NCBI GenBank assembly: GCA_009103225.1
Contig: RHPI01002503.1
Span: 180,391-244,390 of the forward strand
Source of the DNA: Chlorokybus atmophyticus
Lineage: Eukaryota > Plantae > Mesostigma and Chlorokybus algae
Reading direction: 5' to 3'
DNA length: 64,000 nucleotides
A program made the position numbers and the translations under genes. The notes beneath the pieces were generated by a model, which made no database searches, was not told the DNA's origin, and saw nothing but the letters and a program-made list of their open reading frames with translations. This document shows positions 12,320 to 33,794 of this stretch, piece after piece (the first letter of the stretch is position 1; each line of letters opens with the position of its first letter).

Positions 12320-15141
12320 ATGAGCAGCAGCAGCAGCTTGGCAGTTGCGGCGGCAGCGGCGCTGCAACTCCTCCTCCTGCTGTTTGTGGCTTGCGCTGAG
12401 GGCGGTGCGTCTCGCAGCAGCAGCTTGTTGACATGCTTGTTTACATGCATAATGCCACTTACAGCGAGCTTCAGCCTGCGCTGCAACTGAGCCTGCTGTT
12501 ACCAGACGCACACACTTGCTAGTCTGTGACTTGCTCATGCGTTGCGTTTGTCAAACAAACAGATATGCTGTTTGTTTGCTTGCTTGATCGTTCATTCGCT
12601 GTGTGACAGATTCGGTTGTCGAAGGGGTTGGAATATTGGTAACCTCAGTAACCTGAAATTCACAGCTTGAGTTGTTTTGTGAAGTATCAACTTCTGTTAC
12701 AAATCGCCGCAGACTGGATTACAAGCAGCAGCACTGCAGTTGAGCAAGCGTTTACTCAGCCCAGGCTCAGCACAGGCTAATCACGAGCAGCAGTGGTTAC
12801 GTTGTGTTGGTCTAGTATGACACTGTGCATGCGCTTCCGCGCTGTGTGTGTGCGTGTGTGTGTGGCTGGGCGGGTGGGTGCCAACTCGTGCATATATATC
12901 TGAAGCAGTGTACGCCACTTCTATGTGCCATGCGGTGATGATTGCTATTAACAAGTTTTCATACACGTGCCCGTTTCGTTCAGGTGCAACACCATCGCCG
13001 CTGGGTTTGGCGTACCCCTCCTCCTCGTCCTTGCCCTCATCCACGGTGTCAGCATTCATGCCGGAGCAGTACGATGGCGAGCTCGCCCGCACCTTCGCCG
13101 AGTACGCGTCCGCGGTATCATGTCATGCCATACTTTGCCATTTGCTACTACTGCTGTTGCTGTTGCACGTCTTGCCTGCCTGTGTGTCGAGTTGGAGCCC
13201 AAATGTCATGCAAGTCGTTTGACGTCCGACCAACATGCGTTGAGCGCATCTCTCTCACACACACACACACACACACCTGCGCAGGCGTATTGCGAGGACA
13301 CGAACGCGCTTCTCGCTTGGAACTGCACGCGCTGCGCCCATCGCACAGCTGTAAGACCATCGCCAGCCCTATGAGACAAGTCATCATACTCAGTCAATGG
13401 ACACGCACAAACACACGCATGCGCACTCACAAGCACACACGCACGCAATGCACGAGCCCTAACACTGCTGCACTGCAGGGCTTCACAGTCGCGGCCGTGG
13501 TGAGTGCGCAGCAGGGCGCTCTGCGGGTGAGTAGAAGGTACCACACAAGCAGTGACCTTGGTTGAGTCTCTGACGTACTGTGGGTGTATATGTGTTGTTG
13601 TTTGAGGCATGTGCCATTCATCGCTGCCATGCGTGCAGGCGTATGTGGGGGAGTGGTCTGTGCCAGGCCAGGCTCCCATCGTGGTTGTGGCCTTCAAAGG
13701 CACACAGTACAACAGGTAGGCAGCCATGCAGAGGACAAGTGTTATGTTGTCAACATGCTGGCGCAAATTGTGAACACGCTTGCGCTAGAAAAAGCGGGTG
13801 GCATTACTTACACTTGTATTGCAACAGTCTGAGGACCTGGATAAAGAACTTGGACTTTCTGGAGCTGGACTACGGGTATCCCGGCGTTGAGGGTGCAAAG
13901 GTGAGCGCACGCACGCATTCAGCACCAGTTCAGAGTAGAGTCACTCTCCGCCTCTCTGGTGAGAATCAACCGGTCACAATTCGCACTTGTCCACGACTTG
14001 CCAACCGTATCAACAATAGGAGCGCACATGCCTTGAGGCATTGAGCTTTCCACTGCACGCACGCCCAGAGTGACACGTGTTTTGTCTCGTGCGCGCGTGC
14101 GCGTGTGTGCCTGCACAATACGCACGCTACACAGCACACATGCACTGATATGCACAAACACAGACAATGTTTCTTCAATGTGTAGTGTTAACAGTCAACA
14201 CACTTAGTTTAAACCAACAATGCAGGTGCACTCGGGCTTCTTCACGAGCTACAACTTCACGGACCTAAGGCCCGGTGTGGTATCCGCCGTCACCTCCCTG
14301 CAAGGCAACAACAACCATGGCAATGGCGTCAACAACCACAACAATTACATCCGCACGCGCGTTGAAGCCAACAACGGTCAGAAGTGCATCGTCGTGGTCG
14401 GCCACAGCCTCGGGGGCGCCTTTGCCGCATTCTGCGCACTCGACTTAAAGGTGGGGTGAAGTATAGTATTCCCAGCTTTTCAATCCCATACAAGATGTTG
14501 TGGCATGTTGACCTTTACGTGCACGCACAGTTGAACTTTGGCTATGAGAATGTGAAAATGGTGACTTTCGGGCAGCCGCGCATCGGCAATCGCAAGTTCT
14601 CGGAGTTCTTCAACTCTCAGGTTGGGTTAAGTGGCTTTTCACACTGTAGCTCTGTATATGTGTGTATGTGTGCTCTTGAGTTTGTAACAATGTGTGGTAT
14701 ATGACCCGTGCCAGATACCCAACGCGATGCGAATGACGCACCAGAGTGACCCCGTGCCACATTTACCCCCGCTGCTTGGCAAAGGCTACCGCCACTTTCC
14801 AACTGAGGCAAGATAGCAATAGTTATGGTTGTGGCTTTTGTGGCTTTTGCAACATGACACTAATGTTGTTGTGTGTTTTGCAATGCAGGTGTGGTTGCAC
14901 TACCAGAAGGGCTTTGCTAAGTACCTGCTCGAGACGGTTTGCGACGGCTCGGGGGAGGACCCAACATGCTGCCTGTGAGCGAAGCGGACTGTTGTGTCGT
15001 AGTGTTCGTTGACATATTTGTGTGTTACCAAACGTTGTGTGACCTTGTGGGGCTGTGGTGGAGTGCAGGTCCTCCAAGGGCCGCAGCATCTTTGATCACA
15101 TACACTACTTTGCGCTGCCGATGCACTCGGTCTTCTGTTGA
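12320..15141 (+). CDS. Secreted class 3 (fungal-type) triacylglycerol lipase, multi-exon
   Basis: Signal peptide MSSSSSLAVAAAAALQLLLLLFVACAEG, then YDGELARTFAEYASAAYC, WNCTRC, IVVVAFKGT and VHSGF. The nucleophile motif is VVGHSLGGA (about 14393-14419), followed by VTFGQPRIGN, RMTHQSDPVPHLPP (catalytic Asp), CDGSGEDPTC and SIFDHIHYF (catalytic His). Stop TGA at 15139-15141. Confidence 0.92.
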
Positions 15142-15962
15142 GTTTTTGCGCCGCCTCGTGCTGGTTGGTGATCAGAGACAGAGGCAGCAAACGTTACGAT
15201 GCTGATGTGATGGGAAGGACCACCAGACAGCAATCAATTTTGCTGCCCGTGCCGGTAGGGGAAGGGTTGGGTTTACGGTGGGTGTGCGGGTTAGCATCCG
15301 CCCGCTCGCGCATGCTTGTAGGTGTGCGCGGGGTGTCTGTCAGTGCTATGTGGAGTTCTCATATTGAATTGAGAGCCACATACACATGCAGGTGTTACTG
15401 CTTGTCTGCACTGAAGAACCTGCATAGCTTCAGCACAGAGGCCTTTTATTTGAATAAGACTCGCATTACAGCGCGTATGTAGCGAGATCATGCTGTATAC
15501 TAGCCTCCTTCTTGCAGCAGGCAGGGAAACAGTTGCAGATACAACAATAAGAGTGCTGACTTCCAACTGCTGTGTCCCAAATGCTAGGCTTGGGCATGCA
15601 GTCAATGCACCATGTAATATTGGTGGTTACACTGTGGTCATGATGCAATGGCTGTGCCATGGCAGCAGTGACCTGTGATTGCGCTGTCCACGTAATAGTC
15701 AGGGTCTCGTTACATTGCAACCACTTTGGGTACTCCAACGTCATTGTGTATCTCCCGGCTGCTCGAAAGCAGCTGCTGGGTTGGCACGACTACCCCCCAT
15801 GTGCAAGGAATGAAAGCAGTGCCTGTGAGGCATGTTGCTAATGGAAGGCCGTATCCGACAAGCTGTGTTTCCAGCTTAGCTCACACGAATCAGTGTGTGA
15901 GTGGGCTATACCGCGCACTCCAGTCTTGCGTCCAACATGCACATCTCTCAATGTGTATTATG

Positions 15963-17134
15963 TCAACCTGTGGACATTGCTCGGATGCCGCTGGTGTCAA
16001 TGAAGCGCTCCCACTGTGCCCCGTCAAAGGCGCACACGTCGACGGAGCGCACGGTGCCGGGGTCAAGGCAGTGCACGGTCACCGCGAAGCCGTCCGGGTT
16101 CGAACGCGGCACGTAGAAGGGGCATATACCACACACCTTGCAGAACTTGTGCTGCGTGCAGGGTGAAACGATGTCACACGTAACATGTCATTAGCGGTGC
16201 CTGTAAGAAGAGTTGTTGCATTGGCTGTTGGGGTGTGTGAGGATTGTGTCTGTGTGAGTTTGGAGTGTACCTTAGCGGTGTGGGTGCCGAAGGTGTAGGT
16301 GGACAGGCTCTTCGCGCCCTGGAGGAGGTGGAACCTACTGACGGGCACGATGAAGTGCGTGTTGCGCTTCATGCGGCATATAGAACCTGACCGTAGCATG
16401 GTTGGGATATCGCATGCGCGCACACAAAACACCCACCCATTCACGCACATGCCCCCAAATCCAGTCAGCAAGCGCAGCTAGTCAACTGAATTGCGCAGAC
16501 AGTAATCATGAACTTACAGTTGCAGTCCCACGCAGTGAGATCCTCGGCTGCCTGCACCTGATACAAGTAGCAGGGAAGGTGAGTGGTTGCGCGTCTGTCA
16601 TCATGTGAATATAGCACGCAGTGACTCTGTACATAGTGTGTCACACCGTTGTCACGATGACCACCTGCTTATTGCCTGCACTGGTAACCAGACAACATGC
16701 AACAAGAGACGATCAGGAACTGTCGGACTGTTTCATGTGAGCCAAGTCAGTGTCGTCTTGATATTGACGTTGTTGCACACGAAGAGCACACGAACTGGCA
16801 TGCCATGCATGGCCGCATGTGAGAAGCTGCTCACTGTTCGTGCGCTTTGCACGACAAGCTGCTTGGTGCGCGTATGTCCAATGCGCTTTCACTCTCTGCT
16901 TGCTGAGCTAAACGTGAACGGTCCCTCAACCTCGACCACTGTGACACACGCGCATGCACACTCCAACATGTCATGCATGTGTGCATGCGCGCCCACTGTC
17001 ACCTCAAAGCGCACAGCCCCGCAGTGGCAGCCCCCTCTATGCGTGACGAGGCCCTCCTTTCCCATCTCCGGCTCCACCACCTGGGCGTCCTTGTCCTGAT
17101 CTGTGCGCTCCGCCTCTCCTGCCACCTCGCTCAT
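15963..17134 (-). CDS. GFA family (glutathione-dependent formaldehyde-activating / CENP-V-like) zinc protein, 4 exons
   Basis: Spliced product: ...THRGGCHCGAVRFE-VQAAEDLTAWDCNC-SICRMKRNTHFIVPVSRFHLLQGAKSLSTYTFGTHTAK-HKFCKVCGICPFYVPRSNPDGFAVTVHCLDPG...FDGAQWERF...STG*. It has the CxC, CxCxxC and CxxC zinc ligands of the GFA family. Confidence 0.93.
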
Positions 17135-17230
17135 GACGACCAGCCTAGTGCGCTTCTATGCTTGCACCACCCCACCCTTGTTCTCTACTTAACCCCAACC
17201 CCCGTCTGCAGCTCTGCGACGTCCAGAGCC

Positions 17231-17800
17231 ATGTCGGCGACAACGACGCCCACGACAAGGGGGGAGAGGCGGCATACCAGCGTGGTGAACGCGGAGGAGC
17301 TGGAGGAGGACAAGGACAAGCGGAAGGAGGTCCAGGACATTGCCTCGCCGGGCGGCGCCTACCGTGCCAGGCGTTGGAGGCTTGGGGCGGCGGCGGGGTC
17401 GTCCGCCCTGGGCTGCAGCCTGTTCGAGGTGCCAGCGGGGGCGGCGGCGTTCCCCGCCCACTACCACGCCGCCAACGAGGAGGCTCTGTACGTCCTGGAC
17501 GGCGAGGGCGTCCTCCGCATAGGCCAGGAGGAGGTCAGGGTCAGGGGTGGAGACTACGTCGCTCTCCCTGCCGGCCCCAACCACGCCCACAAGCTTATCA
17601 ACCCCGGCCCCAACCCACTCCGCTACCTCGCCGTCTCCACCATGAACCCCACCGACGTCGTGGTGTACCCGGACTCCGGCAAGGTCGGCGTCCTCGCCGG
17701 CGGCGCACCGGGCAACACCGCCGCCGGCGCCAAGCGCTACGTTGCTGGCTTCGTGCACATGGACAAGCTCGACATGGACTACTACGCCGGGGAGGAGTAG
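17231..17800 (+). CDS. Intronless prokaryote-type monocupin (189 aa)
   Basis: Single exon. Cupin motif 1 is FPAHYHAANEEALYVLDGEG (HxH...E) and motif 2 is GDYVALPAGPNHAHKLIN. It continues YLAVSTMNPTDVVVYPDSGKVGV and ends DYYAGEE*. Very high GC3. Confidence 0.9.
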   Translation: MSATTTPTTRGERRHTSVVNAEELEEDKDKRKEVQDIASPGGAYRARRWRLGAAAGSSALGCSLFEVPAGAAAFPAHYHAANEEALYVLDGEGVLRIGQEEVRVRGGDYVALPAGPNHAHKLINPGPNPLRYLAVSTMNPTDVVVYPDSGKVGVLAGGAPGNTAAGAKRYVAGFVHMDKLDMDYYAGEE

Positions 17801-18754
17801 GGCTAGAAGGGGGAGGAGGAGAAGGAGGTCAATCCCACGCGCTGTGCATGCACAGTGCATAACATCACAAAACCAAGCATCAAGTGAGTATATGTGGCCG
17901 CGCATGTGCAGCATGCACAGCGCATGAGCTTCGGCCTGTAGCTGTAATTGTGTCTGATGCGTACAGTGACTCACAGTACAGTAATGTACAGCAAGTATAT
18001 AAGGTTCCGGTCGGCCGCATGCTGGCTCTCATTACAAGCTCGCTTACTACGCGACGCTTACACATGGGCACGCGAGCATGACGGCGCAAGAATTGGATGG
18101 GAAAGCCGCTTTATACATCAGAGGGCAGCACAACCTGTGCGCTGCATCCTGCGTATACTACCAGTAGTCTGGTCTCTCTAGGTTGCTGTGGTTGGTTCGT
18201 GTGTAGTTAGTTTACTGTAGTATCGCGTGTAAGGTAGTTGGTTAGATGCTTCTGTTGACCATCAGGCAATGTGTACATGCTGTGTATGGCTGCTGGTAAA
18301 GTTGCATAACCATGCATGCGCACATGCATAGTCGCGCTTACTTGACATCCATACCGCAACAGTAGGTGTTCCTCTTGCTTGTTACTCTTGTGGCAATGGG
18401 ACAAGAGGCAAGTATGGGACTACAGGCGAGGCGCAGCAGGAATGTGGGTGTCGTCGCATGGGGCGCGGGGTGGGGTGGGGTGGGGTGTCTGTATATGGGG
18501 AATGCTGTTGATGGAGATGTGATAGCGTTACGGTGCAACGATGAGCACATGGTGCATCGCCATATGCTCATCATTGAATTTGTGTAGGTTTGCAACTATA
18601 GAGTGCTTACTTGGACGCGGAGGACTACAGTGATGGCAGCAACTGGCAGAATAAGGCTGGCACTGTACAACTGATTGCAGCATGACAGAGAACAATCCCA
18701 AGGTTCCAAACAGCCAACACCCAGCAACCGCTGGCCGACAACCAGTGCAACCTT

Positions 18755-24150
<5,396 letters not shown>

Positions 24151-25291
24151 ACACCCTTTCAGTTAACACCATCAACGCAAAACAATAAATGGTCACTAAC
24201 GCTGGCAGACAGCTTGAGTTCCATACCAGATCTCTTCGCCCTACTCAACCATTGGAAGCGGCAAGGGGATGTGGTGCACAAGTTGTGTGAACTGTTCTTG
24301 TTACACTGTACAACTCGCTTGCTCCACTGCTCTGGGGAGCATGCTGATTAAAAAGAAGAAAAATTTCGTTAAGAAGTGATGACGTGAGGTGCATTGTTGT
24401 TTTGTTATTTCGAATTGAATGGTTGTTGCGTATGAGAAGGTGAGTTGGGTGTATGTATGGCGGGCTGCAACAGATAACACCGTAGCACACAGCTACAAGC
24501 GGCTTTTTACAATGTATTTGCTACTACAACACATAGAGTTGACACGGCATGCCAGTTCATCAAGATTACAGGAGACCCCAGGGGAAGCGCAGTTTTTGGA
24601 TGTACGTAGCAAATGCTGGTAGGCTACACGCGATGTTGCTTTCTTACCCGCGTGCTATGTGCTGTGTGTATGCGGGCAGCAATGCCAAGGGACATGGCAT
24701 GCCTTCACACATGCCCGCATCAGCCCACAAAATCAAGTCCATTGCTCCGCCGCCTGCTCTCCACCTTCACCTTCCCCTCAGCCATCGCCGCCCTGCTAGC
24801 TGCTGCTGCAGGCCAGCTTTGTGCGCAGCGATCTCCGTGAGCTTTATCCATCAGAGTGAATGTCGCCTTCAGACCTGGTATGGTCCCCGCATCATAAATC
24901 TCTGAAGTCCGTAGCATTATAACGCGGGGACCATACAACGCGGGAAGCAGTAGCGGCAGTACGCAGGTTATCGTTCGTCATCCGGCGGCGACGGCGGCGG
25001 CGGCGGGGTAGGCGACAAGGGACCGTGCGGCGGGGTTGGAAGCTGTTTGACCATACTGCCAGCCATTGAGTAGCAGGCGGGCTCAATCTAGCAGCAGTAG
25101 ACAGTGACTTGCCTGGCTGGGCGGGTGAAGACTCGCTGCTCGGTGTGCTGCTTGGTGGGCATGCTGGGCAGTGCTGATTGGCAGTCGAGCAGCGGTGGTG
25201 GAGGAGGAGGAGAAGGTGGAGACGGAGGAGAATTTTGAGAAAGGAAGAGGGAGTAGGCAGGTAGGTGAGACAGGTGGGGCATTCGGGTTTG

Positions 25292-28719
<3,428 letters not shown>

Positions 28720-29634
28720 ACTGATTGACTAACTATTGATGGTCTGCTCTATGGGCCAACGGAGCAGCTTCATGGTTTGATTTCTAGCCGCAGAAGCTGC
28801 ATACTGTGGTGTACAGCCGCGGGCATGCTACGGAGTCATAAAGAGCGTCAGGTTGGACGATGCAGTTGTTGCGGCATGGCGCTTGTATGGTATTGTGATA
28901 AACAACCTGCTAATTGCAGAGATGTGGTTGGGTTTGAGATGGCAATGCATCATGCAACAACACCCTGTCAGCACCGCAGTGGGTGCTGTGGGTTGTGACA
29001 TTGTTTCGTCAGTTGGCTGGGAGAATGCTTGGCAGTTCGGTGCACCTCTGCTGGAAAGCAGTGAATTGCACCGGTTGTGACATCCAGTGTTTAATACGCT
29101 GCACTACTCACTTTGGACAGCAAAACGCACTAACATTAGCATGTAAACGCTGCATACACCAGTTTGGACGCAAGGAGTCTAGCGCTGCAGCAGCATTTTC
29201 ATTGATAGATGTCATCGGTTTGCTGTGGTTATGCCAATTTCATGGACATGTATATGCCTGTGTGCGCGTTAGCGCGCCTGTGCGTGTATATGCAAGCTGC
29301 TTGCACGCAAACTTGCATCGCGTTCACGCCAGCCGCGCTGGGTACCAATACAACACAGGTAATGTAGTAACAACAGATCCGTAACCACAGAACTGAAACG
29401 GAAGCCAATTGTACTTCTCGTTCTGACAATACCCGTTACAACCGCCACTGCACAATTGCAGTAGTGCGTATGTTCCCCTCTCACTACTACTGTCCAACAT
29501 TCCACAATAGCGTGACGACACGGCTTTCCACCCCGCTTCAAGCCTGCCCCGCTTGCATGTATGGCACTTCATTTCAATCCATCAAACAAGACACCTCAAA
29601 CAACAAAACTCGTCGGTTGCGCTACATCACCGGT

Positions 29635-31617
29635 CTACCGCACGACGTGCCTCATGTGCTGCGCAGGATACCGTTCCCCGGCGACGGGCAGCTCGTTGAT
29701 GATGCTGCGCACAGCGTCAACTTCACCCTTATCCAACTTCACATCCAAGGCCCCCAGGTTCTCCTTCAAATACTTCACGCGCTTGGTACCTGCCGCAGCA
29801 AGACCTAACGATTAGAACCAGCATTGACATCGGTGTGACAATCGCCAAGCAGTGTTTTCTGTACCACACACATACACATGCGTGCGCACAGCAACAAACC
29901 TGGAATGGGTATAATGTCCTCCCCCTGAGCCAACACCCATGCCAGTGCCAGCTGGCCAGCAGTGCAACCTTTCTTGCTTGCTATTTCCTGTCAGAGAGCA
30001 ACCCAACTGAGCTTACAACAACATGCACCAAGTATTGTGCTCTCAAAGTCTGAGGCTTCGTCCCCAGTGTACCTCAATCTTCTTGACTATCTCGAGGTTC
30101 TTGGTGAAGTTCTCCCCGGTGAAGCGCGGGTGCCCGCGGCGGCCATCATCTGCATCAAAATCCTCTGGCGACTTGAACCTGCCACCAGCATCACACATTC
30201 ACTCGACACGGCAACGAAGAAGTCTCAGCTGCTTGTGATTGTGCGGGCGCGCGCGTGCGGGCGCGCGCTGTGGTTTGCATGTGGGGGGCATGTGTACTCG
30301 TGTTTTGGAGAACATTGCTTACCGGCCGGTGAGGAAGCCCCTGCCAAGGGGTGAGTAGGCTACCACGCTCACGCCAAGCTCGCGGCACGTGTCCAACACG
30401 CCGTTTGTCTCAATGTCCAGAGTCCAAGGAGAGCTGCATTGACGACAACATAAGTTCCCACCTCACCCACCCCGCGCACGCACATATTACTTAGCCAAGC
30501 CTACTATTCCATCTGCACTGCCGAAATAGGATGCACGGCATGCGCTCTTCTCAGCTGGTCTGCCGTGCACTCCGACAGCCCAAGAAACCTGCCACACAAC
30601 ATTGTTGCATTGGCACATACACACACAAACAAACCAACAGTGGGTGTGTGGAGTTCCCTGTCACACCTGACTTTGCCCTCCTTCACCAGCTCTGCCATGG
30701 CCTTGACCGTCTCCTCGATGGGGGTTTCCTGGTCAACGCGGTGCTGATAGTACAGGTCGATCTGATCAACACCAAGACGCTTGAGACTCTTCGCACACGC
30801 CTCCTTCACATACCTGCATCCAGTGATTATCATAAAATCCAAGCATCAGTTCAGCATGACCTCAGCCGTGCACTACCGTGCTGCACGTGCCTGTGAGAGA
30901 TTGCTTGCCAAGTGCTATACTCTGTGTAGTGACAGACATGGTTGTGAACGCATGATACTCATGCTGTTTATGTCTTACGCTGGGCTCCCGTTGCAATGGA
31001 ACTGGCCGTCCACAACGGTGGCGCCGAACTTGGTGCACAGAAACACTTCACTCCGCCTGGTCGCCAGCACCTGCATGCAGATGACTCTGATTACTGGAGT
31101 TGTCATCTATGATACTGATTGCAGATGATGGTTGCAAAGAATATCCTCTCTGTTATGCGATATGTGGTCACGAACGACTGTAACAACGACGACCATGAAA
31201 ATAGAATGGCAGCCGCTTGTACGCTGTTTGCATCTTCTTAAGTCTGGACATGCATGCAGGCAGGCAGTACAGTAAGCTATATGCACCAATACACCAAGTA
31301 CCAAACACACACTGCGGCGCCTAGCCACAGAGCCAAGGGAATGCGTGAGCGAATGACTGAGTAGTAGGTGAGTGACTCAGTCCTAGTGACGTCCTTGCCT
31401 TTGCCAGCAGTTCCTCGTTCTTCCCCATCCCATACAGCTCCGCCGTATCCCAGAAAGTACACCCTGCGTCCAGTGCGGCGTTGAGCGTGGCCAGCGACTC
31501 CCCCTCGTCCGCCGCGCCGTAAGCGAACGACATCCCCATGCAACCCAATCCCAGAGCCGACACGCGCACGCCGCTGCCGCGACCGAGCTCACGGGTCGCC
31601 ATGGTTGTGGACGGCAT
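29635..31617 (-). CDS. Aldo-keto reductase (AKR13/YakC/PCNT115-like), multi-exon; start 31617 or 31602
   Basis: Motifs in order: [25 protein letters not shown] (catalytic Asp/Tyr), LCTKFG (Lys), [19 protein letters not shown] (His), [57 protein letters not shown] and GERYP. Stop TAG at 29635-29637. Confidence 0.95.
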
Positions 31618-32159
31618 GGCTGAGACGGAGGAGCAGGAGGAGGAGGTGATGGATCAGGTTGTTGAGGAGGTTGCTTGCATGGGTTGTATGCAGCAGGCGA
31701 TGTGGTGTTTTGTACTGGTGCACTGCGTACCGCCAGTGCGGAGTGCACCGACGTACGGTGCGCAGTGTACAAAAGGTACAGTGTACTGTCCGTATCAGTT
31801 GACACTACCACGTGGCTACCAAAGTGTGCGCATTGGATCAGATTTCAAGAATTTGCAAAGTCGCTCATGACAATATGCCCATCGTACGTATTGTTTATTT
31901 GCATGCAACTACGTGGATAGGTTATTTGCATACAATTATTATTACCGGTATAGGATAGCACATGCAAGTGTGGAACTGATTATCAACTTATGCATGTCAA
32001 TCACGCGCATGCACTTAGCTAGCCAGCGCCAAGGGTTTGTGTCCCAGTGTGAACTGTTTGTTGTGGGTGATGACATGACATGCGCTGGCTGGTGTGCTTG
32101 CTTGTGACTGCTGATGCTAGGGGACCTTATACTATATGCTTGAAGCAACCGCATTTGAT

Positions 32160-33360
32160 ACCAACCTTATCATGGGCAGTGTCACGCAGTCTGTGGTTAT
32201 AGTAATAATATGATATGATATGATATAAACTTATAAAGTATTCCTTTTGCAATGCAAGAAGACGTGTTTCATTATCTTTGCAATGCTGTCAAACCTATAC
32301 ATGATTACAAAAACTTTTGTACATGTATTACATGAAGTGTCAATAGACCGATGTAAAATGAAGACTATTGCTACCGCGTTTTCGTTGAAGACTTTAATAA
32401 CAAGTAATCAGTAAGTTATAATCTTTCATACAATGAATATACTAGTTGTGTTTTGCACATAATCATTCAAACATTACCTCACTGATCAACACCTAATGGA
32501 CACTTGTACACATCTTTTAAAACTGTATGCCGAAAATTGTTGTATGTATCGTCTTCATGCGTCTGCACAAGACAGTCACTAGATAATAATGTGCATACTT
32601 GTTATGAACTTTACAACGTGTAAGATTGCAACCGTTGTAAAGTGACTTGCAATAGCTGCAATAGATTTTGCCCAATGTTAATACAATGTTAACGGCAATA
32701 TCATCAAGTTTGCCAATAAGTCGAGAGCGATTGGTACAAGTATAATTGCAAGCATGTTTAACGTTGTGTTGGTTTGAAAAAGCTGGGGACGAAGACGGTT
32801 TTGTGAACTTACGTGCCAACTTCCTTTTTTGCGTGAGTAAATTCAAACAATGTGCATTATGTTTGTAACAGCTGTAATTGTATATGTACATATCTAAAAT
32901 CGCTCGTGTTGTGGATTGCAAGCCTTGGCGTGCATGTGTACGAGTTCAAAGATTGTCATGAATCATAACATTCCCAAACATATTTAATACACAATAATGA
33001 TTCTTTAAAGACATTACGTGAGTATATGAACATCATATTCACAATACCAAACGACGTTTACTTGTTTTTGTGTTTACGTTTGCAAATCCTTGATTTATAC
33101 TCGAGCTTGTTTACAACACGTCGCATTCAATGTCAATATGTAGACTTTATCATGGCATCATAATAATAATCTAATATACATACCGGTGTGCATGCCTTGC
33201 ACTTGCATTTGCACGCGTGCATGCAACACATATGTAGGTCACAAGCCCCGATAGGCTGGCCGGTATAATTGTTGGTTTTTACTAATAAGTTTTGCTAATG
33301 TTATGTATCGTTTGCCATTGGATTTCTATAGCCTATGCATAGTTTACACAAATGTGGTTA
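32160..33360. other. AT-rich island (about 30-40% GC versus about 55% in flanks) with a stop-interrupted relic reading frame; possible decayed mobile or viral insertion
   Basis: Sample lines counted by hand gave 28-42% GC. About 140 sense codons run on the minus strand (32520-32945), and the same frame continues upstream through TGA/TAA stops. No family was recognised and the boundaries are approximate. Confidence 0.5.
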
Positions 33361-33794
33361 AATGGTACCTCTCCCCTTACTACGCTTCGTCTGTCGTGGT
33401 ATTTCCATCCACCTAGGGCAGCAAGGGCAGCAAGCTGAGAAAGACTGCGCCCGTACATTATGGCTGCATCACAAGTGGAGTGGGGCTCCCAAGCCATATT
33501 GTATGTCAACAAGTCTTAGAGTTTGTGGTTTTGCAGTCCTGAACTTCAGCATTGCTACCTTCGATGCCCCATCATTACAAATGCCCGTGTAATTGCAAGT
33601 ATGCAATGAGCTAGCATGACCGCTCACCAATTCTCTTTTCTACCTGTTGTGGAAATTCGTTGTTTCTTCATGAACGACGCATATCACACCTACCCACTGA
33701 ACATGTGATGGACACAACAAGCTAAGCACCATTTAGCTACCCATTGACTGGGTACGCTCAAGGCACCGTGGTCATTCACATCCTTACGTGTGGA

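Noticed and set aside
17158-17974. Long overlapping ORFs on alternative frames and the antisense strand of the cupin, and of HYDIN and NPC1 exons
   Set aside because: These are shadow ORFs caused by high GC3 codon bias in real coding exons.
24860-24900. Minus-strand gatgcggggaccataccag resembling the 5' end of 5S rRNA or a C/D snoRNA box
   Set aside because: The similarity does not extend to the rest of 5S, and the C/D box spacing and terminal stem are unconvincing.
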